Source: Myxococcota bacterium
GTDB lineage: Bacteria > Myxococcota > XYA12-FULL-58-9 > JALHOP01
DNA: 22,093 nucleotides
Direction: 5' to 3'
NCBI GenBank assembly: GCA_041288095.1
Contig: JBGGMJ010000113.1
Location: 1 to 22,093, forward strand
Shown here: piece by piece, positions 1 to 9,043 of the stretch
Position numbering within the stretch: the first letter of the stretch is position 1
How the letters are laid out: each line of letters begins with the position of its first letter
Notes under the pieces: generated by a model
What the model saw: only the letters and a program-made list of their open reading frames with translations
Database searches by the model: none
Told to the model about the DNA's origin: nothing
Program-made: the position numbers and the translations under genes

Positions 1-1770
1 ACCCGTCGCACCCACGCCGTAGAAGAGGGCTTGGCGACCAGCCGCGGCGGTGCGCGAAGATCCACGAGCCATCGTGGAAAGGACATGTCCAGCGTATTGG
101 GCCCCGGCGAGAGGCGCGAACAGGAACGCGTCACGCACGTAGTCGGAGCCATGAAACTCGCCTTGGCGGACTTGGTTCAAGCTCGTGAACGTGACGCTCT
201 GGGCGAGGACGTTCGCGGCGGCGACCCGCAAGGTGGAGCTAGTGAGTCCGGACACCGCGGCGGACGCAACGCCGCCGACGCCGAAAGAGACCGTGGCGAA
301 CGCCGCCGCGGTCACGACCTCGCCGCCGATGGTGCGCCAGTAGCGGCCGCTCTCCTCGCTGCTCATGCGACGGGCAAGCTCGCGCCCCGGTGCTTCGCTC
401 GGCCCGACGATCTCGCGCATTGCGGCTCGGGCTTCGTCCGACAGCCCCGACCCTGGATCCGCGGCGCGCTGGTGAATGTCGCGCGCGACTTCCTCGGGCG
501 AACGCAGCGCGAACGTCAGGAACATGCCGGGTTGGTCGGGGATCGGATGGAAGGCCGCGATCTCACCACGCGCGCGCCGCTGCTCCAGCTTCGCCTCGGT
601 CTCGGGCTGGGTCGGCGAGCCCGCGATGTCCGGACGCGCGATCGGCACACGCGCCGCGGTGGCCGCCGCGAGCAGAGCCTGCGAGCTGTCGCGTGGCACA
701 CCATCGCCGCGCCACAGCGCCATGGCGACCTGGAGGTGGCCCTCTTCCGGCGTAGCTCGCCCCGCGGCTGACGCTATAGCGGACCTGTTGGCGGCGCGCA
801 TGATGCCGAGGTTGGCGACATCGGACGCGTGGCTTGCCGGGAAGAGGTAGTTGCCGACGCCGCGATCACTGCTGAAGCCAGGCTCTTCGGTGAGAGCAAC
901 GCGCTCTTGGCCGCGCAACACGCGCAGCGGCGTCTGACGATACGTTGGTGAAGCCAAATACTGCTGGATGGCCTGTCGGGCAGGAGCGCCCCCGGCTTCG
1001 AGTCGCGTGCGCGCGAGCTGCATCATGCGCTCGGGCGTGACCTCCGCCCAGCTCGTGACGCCGAAGTGCGTGGGGGCGACCCGATTGTGCTCGACGTCGT
1101 TGTTGACCGACCAGACCGCGGCGTTGGCGCGCAAAATTGCCGCGGCGGCGTCGTTGGGTCGCAGACGGCCGGTGAGACCCCAGCCGTCGTACATCTCGAC
1201 GAAGCCACTAGCGTGGGAGCTGTCGAGGACGAGCTGGGTGCTGCTTTGATAGGTCTGCGCGAGTCGTTGGGCGCGCGCGACCGCGGCATCGCGCTCCGAC
1301 AACGGCGGGCTCTGGCGAGCGCCGGCAAGGCGATCGAACGGGATCGTGATGTCGCCCGGGTGTGTCGCGAGGATCGCCTCGAGACGCGGCAACACGCGTG
1401 CGACGGCAGGCTCACGAGCGCGCGACCGCAAGCTCGCGACCATGGCGCGTAGCTCACCCGTCGGGACACCGCCGCGCAGGGTTTGAATGGTGCGCGTACT
1501 GATGCCGGCGTTGGCGAGATCAGTCGCGAGCTCGGCGCTCGCGTCACGGCGAATGTCGAGTGGCGCGGTCGTCGTCTCAGTCGGCTGGCGAAGCTGTAGC
1601 GGCGGGGTGACCTCTGAGCGCGGCACGACCGGCGCGGCAGGCACTACGGCCTCAACGCTCGCGACCCGGGCCTGAGCAGGCATGGTCTGCGTCGCGCCGC
1701 CGGCGGGCACAACCTGGCCGAGACCCTCTCGCGGGGGCACGCCAGGCCTTAAGGTGAGCGGCTCCGACAC
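1..1770 (-). CDS. Large hypothetical protein (>=590 aa), 3'-truncated at the window edge; Pro/Ala-rich N-terminus and a Gly/Ala-rich hydrophobic segment near the truncation
   Basis: Manual translation of the minus strand is open from GTG at 1770 (upstream in-frame TGA at 1774-1776; alternative ATG at 1683) to base 1: VSEPLTLRPGVPPREG...GFVEMYDGWGLTGRLRPN...YWRTIGGEVVTAAAFATVSFGVGGVASAAVSGL...FYGVGATG. Absent from the ORF track because there is no stop in the window. Confidence 0.8.
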   Translation of the reverse strand, partial: MSEPLTLRPGVPPREGLGQVVPAGGATQTMPAQARVASVEAVVPAAPVVPRSEVTPPLQLRQPTETTTAPLDIRRDASAELATDLANAGISTRTIQTLRGGVPTGELRAMVASLRSRAREPAVARVLPRLEAILATHPGDITIPFDRLAGARQSPPLSERDAAVARAQRLAQTYQSSTQLVLDSSHASGFVEMYDGWGLTGRLRPNDAAAAILRANAAVWSVNNDVEHNRVAPTHFGVTSWAEVTPERMMQLARTRLEAGGAPARQAIQQYLASPTYRQTPLRVLRGQERVALTEEPGFSSDRGVGNYLFPASHASDVANLGIMRAANRSAIASAAGRATPEEGHLQVAMALWRGDGVPRDSSQALLAAATAARVPIARPDIAGSPTQPETEAKLEQRRARGEIAAFHPIPDQPGMFLTFALRSPEEVARDIHQRAADPGSGLSDEARAAMREIVGPSEAPGRELARRMSSEESGRYWRTIGGEVVTAAAFATVSFGVGGVASAAVSGLTSSTLRVAAANVLAQSVTFTSLNQVRQGEFHGSDYVRDAFLFAPLAGAQYAGHVLSTMARGSSRTAAAGRQALFYGVGATG

Positions 1771-1776
1771 GCGTCA

Positions 1777-1804
1777 ATTCTATCGAAAATGCTTATCTTG
1801 TCAC
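1777..1804 (-). promoter_or_regulatory. Putative sigma70-like promoter for the large orphan ORF
   Basis: Minus strand GTGACA-N16-TAGAAT ending 6 nt before the GTG at 1770, in a locally AT-rich patch. Confidence 0.4.
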
Positions 1805-1881
1805 TGTTCAACAGCGCCTACGCACTGCAGCGCTGGCGCTCGGTTGCCCGTTGACCCGCCCTGGGAGTAGAGAGGCGCCCC

Positions 1882-3285
1882 ATGAGCACCCCCTATGACG
1901 TCGTCGTTATTGGCTCTGGACCCGGTGGCTACGTGGCCGCCATTCGCGCCGCGCACAATGGCCTGAAAACGGCCCTCGTCGAGCGTGACGGCCGCTTGGG
2001 CGGCACCTGCGGTCTGCGCGGCTGCATCCCGACCAAATCACTCCTGCACTCGGCCGATGTCTGGGAGGAATTCCAGAAGGCCAAGAAGAGCGGCGTCCTC
2101 GAGGGTGAGGCCTCGCTCAACTTCGACAACGTCCAGAAGGAGCGCGCCAAGGTCGTCGAAAAGAACTCGGCCGGCGTCACCTATCTGATGAAGTCGAACA
2201 AGATCGACGTGCACACCGGCTGGGGCACGATCACCGGGCCGAACGGCGTCTCGGTGAAGGGCGACAAGGGCGTAACCGAGCTGACCGCTAAAGCGATCAT
2301 CGTCGCGACCGGCAGCGTCGTGCGGCATCTGCCTTTCTTGAAGACCGACGGTCAGAAGGTCGTCACCTCGGACGAGATCTTGGAGCTCAAGAGCGTGCCC
2401 AAGTCGCTGCTCGTCTTGGGCGCCGGCGCCGTCGGTACCGAGTTCGCCTCCGTCTACAAGCGCTTCGGCTCCGATGTGACGCTGGTCGAGATGATGGACC
2501 GCGTCTTGCCAATCGAAGACGAAGAGGTGAGCGCCGAGCTCGGCAAGGCTCTGCGCAAGCGCGGCATCAACATGATGACCGGCACCAAGCTCGAGAAGGC
2601 CGAGGTCACGAAGAACGGCGTCGCGTGCGTTTTAGCGGGCAAGGATGGCAAGTCGCAGAACCTCGAGGTCGAGATGCTGCTCGTCGCCGTTGGTCGCGCG
2701 CCGGTGACGCAGAACATCGGGCTCGAGAAGGTCGGCGTGAAGATGGACAAGGGCGGCTACATCGAGGTGAACGAGCACCTGCAAACCGCGGTGCCATCGA
2801 TCTACGCCATCGGTGACATCTTGCGTACGCCTTGGCTCGCGCACGTGGCTTCGGCGCAGGGCATCAAGGCCGCCGACCACATCGCCGGCAAACACGTCGT
2901 GCCGTTGAACGTGAATCGCGTGCCCTCGTGCACCTATTGCGATCCCGAGGTCGCGAGCGTCGGTCTCACCGAGAAGACGGCGCGCGACAAGGGCTACGAC
3001 GTGCAGGTCGGCAAGTTCCCGTTCTCGGCCATCGGCAAGGCCCGCATCATCAATCAGACCGAAGGCTTCGTGAAGGTGGTCTCCGAGAAGAAGTACGGGG
3101 AGATCCTGGGCATCCACATCATCGGACCGCACGCCACCGATCTCATCGGTGAAGCCATCGTCGCCTTGCAGCTCGAGTCCACCGCCGAGGAGCTCGCGTT
3201 CACGGTGCATCCGCACCCGACGCTCACCGAAGCGATGATGGAAGCCGCGCACGCCGCCGCGGAGGGTCGCGCGATCCACATGTGA
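1882..3285 (+). CDS. lpdA: Dihydrolipoyl dehydrogenase (E3)
   Basis: FAD-binding GSGPGGY, redox disulfide GGTCGLRGCIPTK, NAD-binding GAGAVGTE, C-terminal HPHPTLTE; 467 aa. Confidence 0.97.
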   Translation: MSTPYDVVVIGSGPGGYVAAIRAAHNGLKTALVERDGRLGGTCGLRGCIPTKSLLHSADVWEEFQKAKKSGVLEGEASLNFDNVQKERAKVVEKNSAGVTYLMKSNKIDVHTGWGTITGPNGVSVKGDKGVTELTAKAIIVATGSVVRHLPFLKTDGQKVVTSDEILELKSVPKSLLVLGAGAVGTEFASVYKRFGSDVTLVEMMDRVLPIEDEEVSAELGKALRKRGINMMTGTKLEKAEVTKNGVACVLAGKDGKSQNLEVEMLLVAVGRAPVTQNIGLEKVGVKMDKGGYIEVNEHLQTAVPSIYAIGDILRTPWLAHVASAQGIKAADHIAGKHVVPLNVNRVPSCTYCDPEVASVGLTEKTARDKGYDVQVGKFPFSAIGKARIINQTEGFVKVVSEKKYGEILGIHIIGPHATDLIGEAIVALQLESTAEELAFTVHPHPTLTEAMMEAAHAAAEGRAIHM

Positions 3286-3340
3286 TCGTGGTATCTCGTT
3301 GGTCTCGGGTCTGCGTTGGCAGACGCGCGTAGGGAGCTGC

Positions 3341-4279
3341 ATGCAGGTCTTCGGAGGCAGCAAGAGCGTCGCGGCGGGCAGCGGTCCGTACGCCGTCGGC
3401 CTCGGCATCTTCGATGGCGTGCATCGCGGGCATCGGGTGCTGCTGGGGAAGGTGCTGGAGCTGGCGCAGCGTGACGGCGTCCAAGCGCTCGCCTACACCT
3501 TCCACCCGCATCCAGCGCACCTCTTGGCGCCAAAGAGCGCGCCGCAGCTCATCGAGCCCATCGAGACGCGGGTCGAGCGCTTGGGCGGCATGGGCTTTCA
3601 AGGCGTCCTCGTCGAGCCGTTCACGCGTGAGCTCGCCGACATGCCGGCGGAGACCTTCGTGTTGCACGTGTTGCTCGCGAAGCTCCAAGCAAAACACGTC
3701 GTCGTCGGCAGTGACTTCGCGTTCGGCAAGGATCGCGGCGGTGACGTCGCGTTCTTGCAAGGTATGGGCGCGCGCCTCGGCTTCGAGGTGCACCCGGTGC
3801 CGCTCCTCCAGCACGCCGGCACCCCTGTCAGCTCGACGCGCATCCGCAAGCTCATCGCCGCCGGTGCCGTGCGCGGCGCGAACGATCTGCTCGGCCGGCC
3901 CTTTGCCTTGTCGGGTATCGTCTTGCGCGGACATCAGCGCGCCACCGGTCTCGGCTTCCCGACGGCGAACCTCGAGCCGCACAACGAGCTGATGCCGCTG
4001 CCGGGTGTTTACGCGGCGCGCGTGCAAGGACCTGTGTCGAATGCGCCCGCGGTCGTCAACGTAGGCTATTCGCCGACGTTCAACGTGGGGCGGTTGCGGG
4101 TGGAGGTGCACCTCCTCGATTTCCCACCTCGGCCCTTGTATGGGCTGGGCCTGGACGTGGACTTCATCGATCGGCTCCGCGACGAACAACGCTTCAACGG
4201 CGTCGACGAGCTGGTCGATCAGATCAAGCTCGATGTCGCCGCGGCGCGCCGCATCTTCGGCCTGTCGCAGTCGTCATGA
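3341..4279 (+). CDS. ribF: Bifunctional riboflavin kinase / FAD synthetase
   Basis: GIFDGVHRGH, VVVGSDFAFGKDRGG, VSSTRIR, LGFPTANL, GVYA, EVHLLDF, RLRDEQRF motifs; start placed at ATG 3341 after AGGGAG. Confidence 0.96.
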   Translation: MQVFGGSKSVAAGSGPYAVGLGIFDGVHRGHRVLLGKVLELAQRDGVQALAYTFHPHPAHLLAPKSAPQLIEPIETRVERLGGMGFQGVLVEPFTRELADMPAETFVLHVLLAKLQAKHVVVGSDFAFGKDRGGDVAFLQGMGARLGFEVHPVPLLQHAGTPVSSTRIRKLIAAGAVRGANDLLGRPFALSGIVLRGHQRATGLGFPTANLEPHNELMPLPGVYAARVQGPVSNAPAVVNVGYSPTFNVGRLRVEVHLLDFPPRPLYGLGLDVDFIDRLRDEQRFNGVDELVDQIKLDVAAARRIFGLSQSS

Positions 4280-5097
4280 CGTCGCGGTTCGCGCTGGCTG
4301 GGTCACCGATCGCGCACTCGCGATCACCGGTGATGCACCAAGCGGCCTTCCGGGCACTCGGCATCGACGCGACGTACGAGCTGCGTGTGACCGAGGTCGA
4401 GGGTCTCCCTGGATTGCTCTACGAGCTGCAGCGCGGCGTGTGGCAGGGCATCAACGTGACGACACCCTTGAAGACCGAGGTGGCGCGTCATTGCTTGTGT
4501 GATGACGGCGCGGCCCGTGCCGGCGCGGTCAACACCGTGTGGCATGCCGGCGAAAGCCTCTGCGCCACGCTCACCGACATCGATGGGGTTCGCGAGCCAC
4601 TGACGGCGCGCAAGGTCACGTTTTCGCGGGTCGGCGGCGAAGCCGTGATTCTCGGCGCGGGTGGCGCTTCGCGAGCGGCGGCGCTGGCGCTCGCAGCCAT
4701 GGGCGCGCGGGTGTCGGTCGCGGCGCGCGACGCGGGCAAAGCTCAGGCGGTGATCGATATCCTGCACGAGCACGAGCGCGGCGAGGCGATGCCGCTGGCC
4801 CGGATGGCGGCGCCGGGAGCGCTGCGGGACGTTCGCGTCTTGGTGCAAGCGACGCCGCTTGGCCGCAACGGCGAGTCACTGGCGCTGGATTGGGAAGGGA
4901 CGTCGCTGGTCGCCTTCGAGATGCTCTACACGCCTCGTGAGACACCCTTTTTGGCGTCCGCTAAAGCGGCCGGGTGCGCGGTCGTCGAAGGCTGGGAGAT
5001 GTTACTCGCGCAGGGGGCGCGGTCATTCGAGCTTTGGCTCGGCGTCGACCCGCCGCGGGACGTCATGCGCGACGCCTTGCTTGCGACGCTCGCCTAA
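4276..5097 (+). CDS. aroE: Shikimate dehydrogenase
   Basis: GSPIAHSRSPVMH, GINVTTPLK, GAVNT, TDIDG, ILGAGGASRA, GWEMLLAQGARSFELW; ATGA overlap with the ribF stop. Confidence 0.95.
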   Translation: MTSRFALAGSPIAHSRSPVMHQAAFRALGIDATYELRVTEVEGLPGLLYELQRGVWQGINVTTPLKTEVARHCLCDDGAARAGAVNTVWHAGESLCATLTDIDGVREPLTARKVTFSRVGGEAVILGAGGASRAAALALAAMGARVSVAARDAGKAQAVIDILHEHERGEAMPLARMAAPGALRDVRVLVQATPLGRNGESLALDWEGTSLVAFEMLYTPRETPFLASAKAAGCAVVEGWEMLLAQGARSFELWLGVDPPRDVMRDALLATLA

Positions 5098-5140
5098 TCG
5101 CGCGAGAAGACATGCGGAATCATCGAGCCAGGAGTGCGCC

Positions 5141-5587
5141 GTGACCGCCGTAGCCACAATCGCGTCGAAGGTCCCGAGTCTGTCGCCCAGCGACACCGTG
5201 TCGACCGTCATCCGCATCATGGCGAAGACGCGCTTCCAACAGCTGCCGGTCGTGCGGAAGGGCGAGCTCGTCGGCATCGTGAGCGCTCGCGATGTCCTGC
5301 AATCCGTTGGGCGCAATCAGACGAACAAGACCGCCGGCGACATCATGACCCGCAACATTCATACGATCGACGCTGACGAGCACACCTCAATGGTCGCGGC
5401 TCGGCTCGTCGAGGAAGCGATCGGCTGTCTCCCGGTCTTGCGTAAAGGCAAGCTCGTCGGGCTGCTCACCTCGGCGGACCTCCTCGCCCACCTGGCGCGT
5501 GAGCAAGGTGGGACGAAGGCACCGGCGGCGCGGAAGCCGCGTACGGCCAGCCGCGCGAAGACAGCGGCGCCGAAGCGACGGCGCTAG
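5141..5587 (+). CDS. CBS domain pair protein with basic C-terminal tail (148 aa)
   Basis: Two CBS repeats (QLPVVRKGELVGIVSARD; CLPVLRKGKLVGLLTSAD); GTG at 5141 preceded by AGGAG. Confidence 0.9.
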   Translation: MTAVATIASKVPSLSPSDTVSTVIRIMAKTRFQQLPVVRKGELVGIVSARDVLQSVGRNQTNKTAGDIMTRNIHTIDADEHTSMVAARLVEEAIGCLPVLRKGKLVGLLTSADLLAHLAREQGGTKAPAARKPRTASRAKTAAPKRRR

Positions 5588-5606
5588 CGTTCTGGCGGTT
5601 TGGGCT

Positions 5607-6947
5607 TCAGAGCGCGGAGTAGACGGCTTCGTAGGCCGCGACTTGGTCCTGGATGTCGAAGGCGCGGCGGGCGCTCTTGAATCCGTCGGCCCGTGCTGGC
5701 GGGTCGCGGAGAAAGCGTTCGGCGCCCGCGGCGATAGCGTCGGGCGTGGCGTCGGTGAGCGCGCACACTTCCGGGACCGCACCGAGTAGGCCGGCGGCTC
5801 CGGCCGAGCACGCGACGACTGGCAGACCCGCGGAGAGATAAGTGAGCGCCTTGACGGGCGCGCCGACCGCGAGCGTTCGCGTCACGAGACCAACGCTGCA
5901 TGCGCGCAGGTGAGTGGCGAGCTCGTCCGCTGAGCGGTAGCCGACGTGCTCGACCCCCGGGTCCCGAGCCAGCGCACCGAAGGTTTCACGTGGGTGATTG
6001 CTGATGAGGCGCAGCGTCAGCTCGGGCGTACGCTGGCGCAGCAGCGCGAAGGCGGCGCGGAGGAGCTCGAGGTTCTGGTACGGGTCGGGATTGCCGGCAT
6101 AGGCGATGCGAGCGGGCCGCGCGACACCGGGCTCCGGGCTGGGCGCGTTGGTTTGCGCCAGCTCGTCCATGGAGAGTCCCAAGGGGATGACGTGCAGGCG
6201 AGCCGCCGACACGCCGGCGTGCTTGAAGCGCGCGGCTTGCTCGCTGTCGAAGCAAATGACCGCTTTAGCGGTCTTAGGAAGGGTGCGCTCGAAGGCCGCG
6301 CCTGCGACCTTCGCGGCGCGCCGGCCGATGCCCGTGCGGGCGTACAGAGGTAGCTCGGACTCGAGCCGGGTGTGCGCGTGGTAAACGAGTGGCACCTCCA
6401 TGAGACGGGAGGCGACGGCGCCGATGCTCAAGGCCTCGACGTTGTGGACGTGCAGCAGATCGATCTCGCGCGTCGCGAGAAGCTTCAGGGTGTGACGCAG
6501 CAAGGCGGCGTCGGCGGCTAGCCGCGCGAGGCTCGGGCCACTACGGAGGCCGACGGGGGGTGTCGGCGCCCGGTGCCAGGCGACCCGAGGATCGAGCTGC
6601 GCGACGAGCGGCTCGGACTCGCCGTAGGTGACGAGGTGCACGGCATGACCAGCGACGGCGAGCGCGTTCGCCAGATGGCGAATGAACACCTGGGTCCCCT
6701 GATGCGAGGGAAACGGACAAGCGGCGATCATGGCGATGCTGCGGCGCGGACCGGAGCTCACACGCGTCGCGGCATCGAGCTCCTGGGCGCCGCGGGACGC
6801 GAGCTTCGAGTCGCTGCGGCCGGCTGGAGCACGGGTGCTCCGACTCCGGCGGGCTGCTCGATCGTGTTTGGCCGCGCTTGGAGCGGCCTCCTTCGTGTCT
6901 TTTATAGCGGACGGGCGCCGGCCCTCATCCGACCCGGAGCGACTCAC
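5607..6947 (-). CDS. Glycosyltransferase family 4 (GT-B) protein; start uncertain
   Basis: IAMIAACPFPSHQGTQVFIRHLANALAVAGHAVHLVTY, LLHVHN, LVYHAHT, IAYAGN, PVKALTYLSAGLPVVA. GTG overlaps the parB stop (GTGA); the first ~65 aa are low-complexity. Confidence 0.88.
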   Translation of the reverse strand: MSRSGSDEGRRPSAIKDTKEAAPSAAKHDRAARRSRSTRAPAGRSDSKLASRGAQELDAATRVSSGPRRSIAMIAACPFPSHQGTQVFIRHLANALAVAGHAVHLVTYGESEPLVAQLDPRVAWHRAPTPPVGLRSGPSLARLAADAALLRHTLKLLATREIDLLHVHNVEALSIGAVASRLMEVPLVYHAHTRLESELPLYARTGIGRRAAKVAGAAFERTLPKTAKAVICFDSEQAARFKHAGVSAARLHVIPLGLSMDELAQTNAPSPEPGVARPARIAYAGNPDPYQNLELLRAAFALLRQRTPELTLRLISNHPRETFGALARDPGVEHVGYRSADELATHLRACSVGLVTRTLAVGAPVKALTYLSAGLPVVACSAGAAGLLGAVPEVCALTDATPDAIAAGAERFLRDPPARADGFKSARRAFDIQDQVAAYEAVYSAL

Positions 6948-7846
6948 GGCGCAATGGCGTCGAGCAGGCGATCGAGCTCATCCAACGAGTGGAAGAAGAT
7001 CTCGATGCGGCCCTTGCCCTGACGGTGGTGCAGGCGGATTTTGGTGGCGAGCTTGCGCTGGAGGCGCTCTTGCACGGCGACCTCGGCGGGCGACGTGGCC
7101 CCTTCGGCTGCCTTGGCGGCCGTCGGTTTCTTGGCCAGGCGGGCGCGCTGCTCGGCATCACGGACCGAGAGCTTGCGGGCCACGATTTCGTCGGCGAGCT
7201 TCTGCATCGCCTTCGGCTCGGCAAGCTGCATCAGGGCGCGCGCGTGACCGGCGGTGAGCCGACCATCGGCGAGCATGTGCAACACGGGCTCGGGCAGGTT
7301 GAGCAATCGCAAGGCGTTGGTCACGGTCGTGCGCTTCTTGCCGACCGCGGCGGCGACCTCGTCTTGGGTGAGCTGATGCTCGCGGATCAGCCGCTGGTAG
7401 GCCTCGGCCTCCTCGAGGGGATCGAGGTCCTGACGTTGCACGTTTTCGATGAGCGCGACCTGGAGCACGTCGGTATCGGCGAGCTCCTTGATGACCGCCG
7501 GGATCTCGTGCAGGCCGGCTTGCTGCGCTGCACGCCAGCGACGCTCACCGGCGACGATCTCGTAACCATCACCGAGACGGCGAACGATGATCGGCTGCAA
7601 GACGCCACGCGTCTTCACCGACTCGACGAGCTCGGCAAGCGCGTCGGCTTCGAAGTGTTTGCGCGGCTGGCTACGGTTGGGGTGCACCCTCTCGATGGGC
7701 AGCGCACGAAGACCGGCGGGCGCCGGCGTCGTCGGGGCGGCACCCGGGATCAACGCGGCAAGGCCACGCCCGAGCGCGGCGCGCTTGGGAGCGCCCGTGT
7801 CTTTGTTCTGGTCCATCATGCTGCTCCCGGCGTTCACGTCAGTCAT
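6944..7846 (-). CDS. parB: Chromosome partitioning CTPase ParB/Spo0J
   Basis: N-terminal KRAALGRGLAALI (ParA-stimulating peptide), PNRSQPRKHF, GVLQPIIVR, IVAGERRWRAA (CTP box), ALIENVQRQDL, HTH, TAGHARAL. Confidence 0.98.
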   Translation of the reverse strand: MTDVNAGSSMMDQNKDTGAPKRAALGRGLAALIPGAAPTTPAPAGLRALPIERVHPNRSQPRKHFEADALAELVESVKTRGVLQPIIVRRLGDGYEIVAGERRWRAAQQAGLHEIPAVIKELADTDVLQVALIENVQRQDLDPLEEAEAYQRLIREHQLTQDEVAAAVGKKRTTVTNALRLLNLPEPVLHMLADGRLTAGHARALMQLAEPKAMQKLADEIVARKLSVRDAEQRARLAKKPTAAKAAEGATSPAEVAVQERLQRKLATKIRLHHRQGKGRIEIFFHSLDELDRLLDAIAP

Positions 7847-7867
7847 CTCGGCTCGTCCTACGGTTTC

Positions 7868-7909
7868 TCGGCTATCGGTCTTCGGCTATCGGTCTTCGGC
7901 GATCGGCTC
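7868..7909. repeat. Heptamer tandem repeat, 6 copies of TCGG(C/T)NN, in the parA-parB spacer
   Basis: TCGGCTA TCGGTCT TCGGCTA TCGGTCT TCGGCGA TCGGCTC. Confidence 0.9.
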
Positions 7910-7917
7910 ATCCGCCA

Positions 7918-8700
7918 TCAAGCAGCGCTGTGCGCCATAGCGGACTGCTCCAACATCTCACGCGCGAGCTCGAGGTAGCTTTGGCAACCACGCGAGCCGA
8001 CGTCGTAGAGCAAGATTGGCTTGCCGAAGCTGGGCGCCTCGGACAGGCGCACGTTGCGCGGGATCACCGCCTTGAAAACCGGACCGCTGAAATTGGCGCG
8101 GACGTCTTCGGCGACCTGACGCGCGAGGTTGTTGCGCGCGTCGAACATGGTGAGGAGCACACCTTCGACGGTGAGGTTCGGATTGGGACCGGCTCGCACC
8201 ATCTCGAGGGTGCGGGTGAGCTGACTCAAACCTTCGAGCGCGTAGTACTCGGTCTGCAGCGGGATGAGCACCGAGTCAGCGGCGCACAGCGCGTTGAGGG
8301 TGAGGACGCCAAGCGACGGCGGGCAGTCGATGAGGATGATGTCGTAGTTGTCGAGGACCGGGGCGAGCGCTTCCTTGAGACGCGTGTAGCGATCGCTCTG
8401 CTGAATGAGCTCGATGTCGGCGCCGTAGAGGTCGGGGCCCGAGGCGACGAGGTGCAGGGTCGGCAGCTCGGTGGAGCGGATGAGCTGACGCACGGCGCGA
8501 GTGCCCGCTAAAGCGGCGTACACGCTGTCGTCCATCGGTTGCGGGCCGATGCCCAGACCACTGCTCGCGTTCGCTTGAGGGTCCATGTCGACGAGGAGGA
8601 TGCGACGCTCGGTGGCGGCGATCGAAGCGGCAAGGTTCACGGCGGTGGTCGTCTTGCCGACGCCGCCTTTCTGATTGGCGATTGCGATGATCTTGGCCAT
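7918..8700 (-). CDS. parA: Chromosome partitioning ATPase ParA/Soj (260 aa)
   Basis: MAKIIAIANQKGGVGKTTTAVNL (deviant Walker A), DMDPQANASSGLG, IDCPPSLG, QTEYYALEGL, IPRNVRLSEAPSFG; ATG 8700 with GAGGTG RBS. Confidence 0.98.
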   Translation of the reverse strand: MAKIIAIANQKGGVGKTTTAVNLAASIAATERRILLVDMDPQANASSGLGIGPQPMDDSVYAALAGTRAVRQLIRSTELPTLHLVASGPDLYGADIELIQQSDRYTRLKEALAPVLDNYDIILIDCPPSLGVLTLNALCAADSVLIPLQTEYYALEGLSQLTRTLEMVRAGPNPNLTVEGVLLTMFDARNNLARQVAEDVRANFSGPVFKAVIPRNVRLSEAPSFGKPILLYDVGSRGCQSYLELAREMLEQSAMAHSAA

Positions 8701-8790
8701 GCGGGTCACCTCACGATGCACACTAGCTTGGTGATCTGACGATCTCGGGGCCGGACATAGTGCGCGGGGATCGTGCTTGGGAAGCGGGCG

Positions 8791-8806
8791 CGATCGTTTT
8801 TGATCG
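8791..8806. promoter_or_regulatory. 16-bp GATC-N6-GATC motif, copy 1 (function unknown)
   Basis: CGATCGTTTTTGATCG; near-identical copies at 9028 and 9728. Confidence 0.6.
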
Positions 8807-9027
8807 TCCGCGGAGCTGCTGGGCGCATTTGGGCGCTTGGTGCAGCGAGCGGGGCGACTGCGCCTTGCGCTCCTCACTCGTCCACGTTCGCGCGTTTTTC
8901 GCCGGCCATGGGTGACCTCGCCTGGGACCGCCCGACGAAAAGTGCGCGACCGCGGCCGAGCTCCGGTGCTCGGCTCCGTCGCCCCTCTTCGCTCACTGGC
9001 AATTGGGCGCAGCTGGGAATCTGATCA

Positions 9028-9043
9028 TGATCATTTTTGATCG
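9028..9043. promoter_or_regulatory. 16-bp GATC-N6-GATC motif, copy 2 (function unknown)
   Basis: TGATCATTTTTGATCG, preceded by a further TGATCA. Confidence 0.6.

Noticed and set aside
1331..1346. CGATCGAACGGGATCG, another GATC-N6-GATC
   Set aside because: Lacks the T-tract, lies in coding sequence, and GATC is common in this DNA.
31..1870. The short ORFs listed by the track in the first 1.9 kb
   Set aside because: Arg/Ala-rich shadow frames of the single long minus-strand ORF 1770-1.
7868..7909. CRISPR-like array
   Set aside because: 7-bp units with no spacers and no cas genes.
8701..8877. N-terminal extensions given by the ORF track for parA (also ribF, CBS, mnmG, mnmE, lspA, 11200, 17153, 17530)
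   Set aside because: Family homology and RBS/promoter placement favour the downstream starts.
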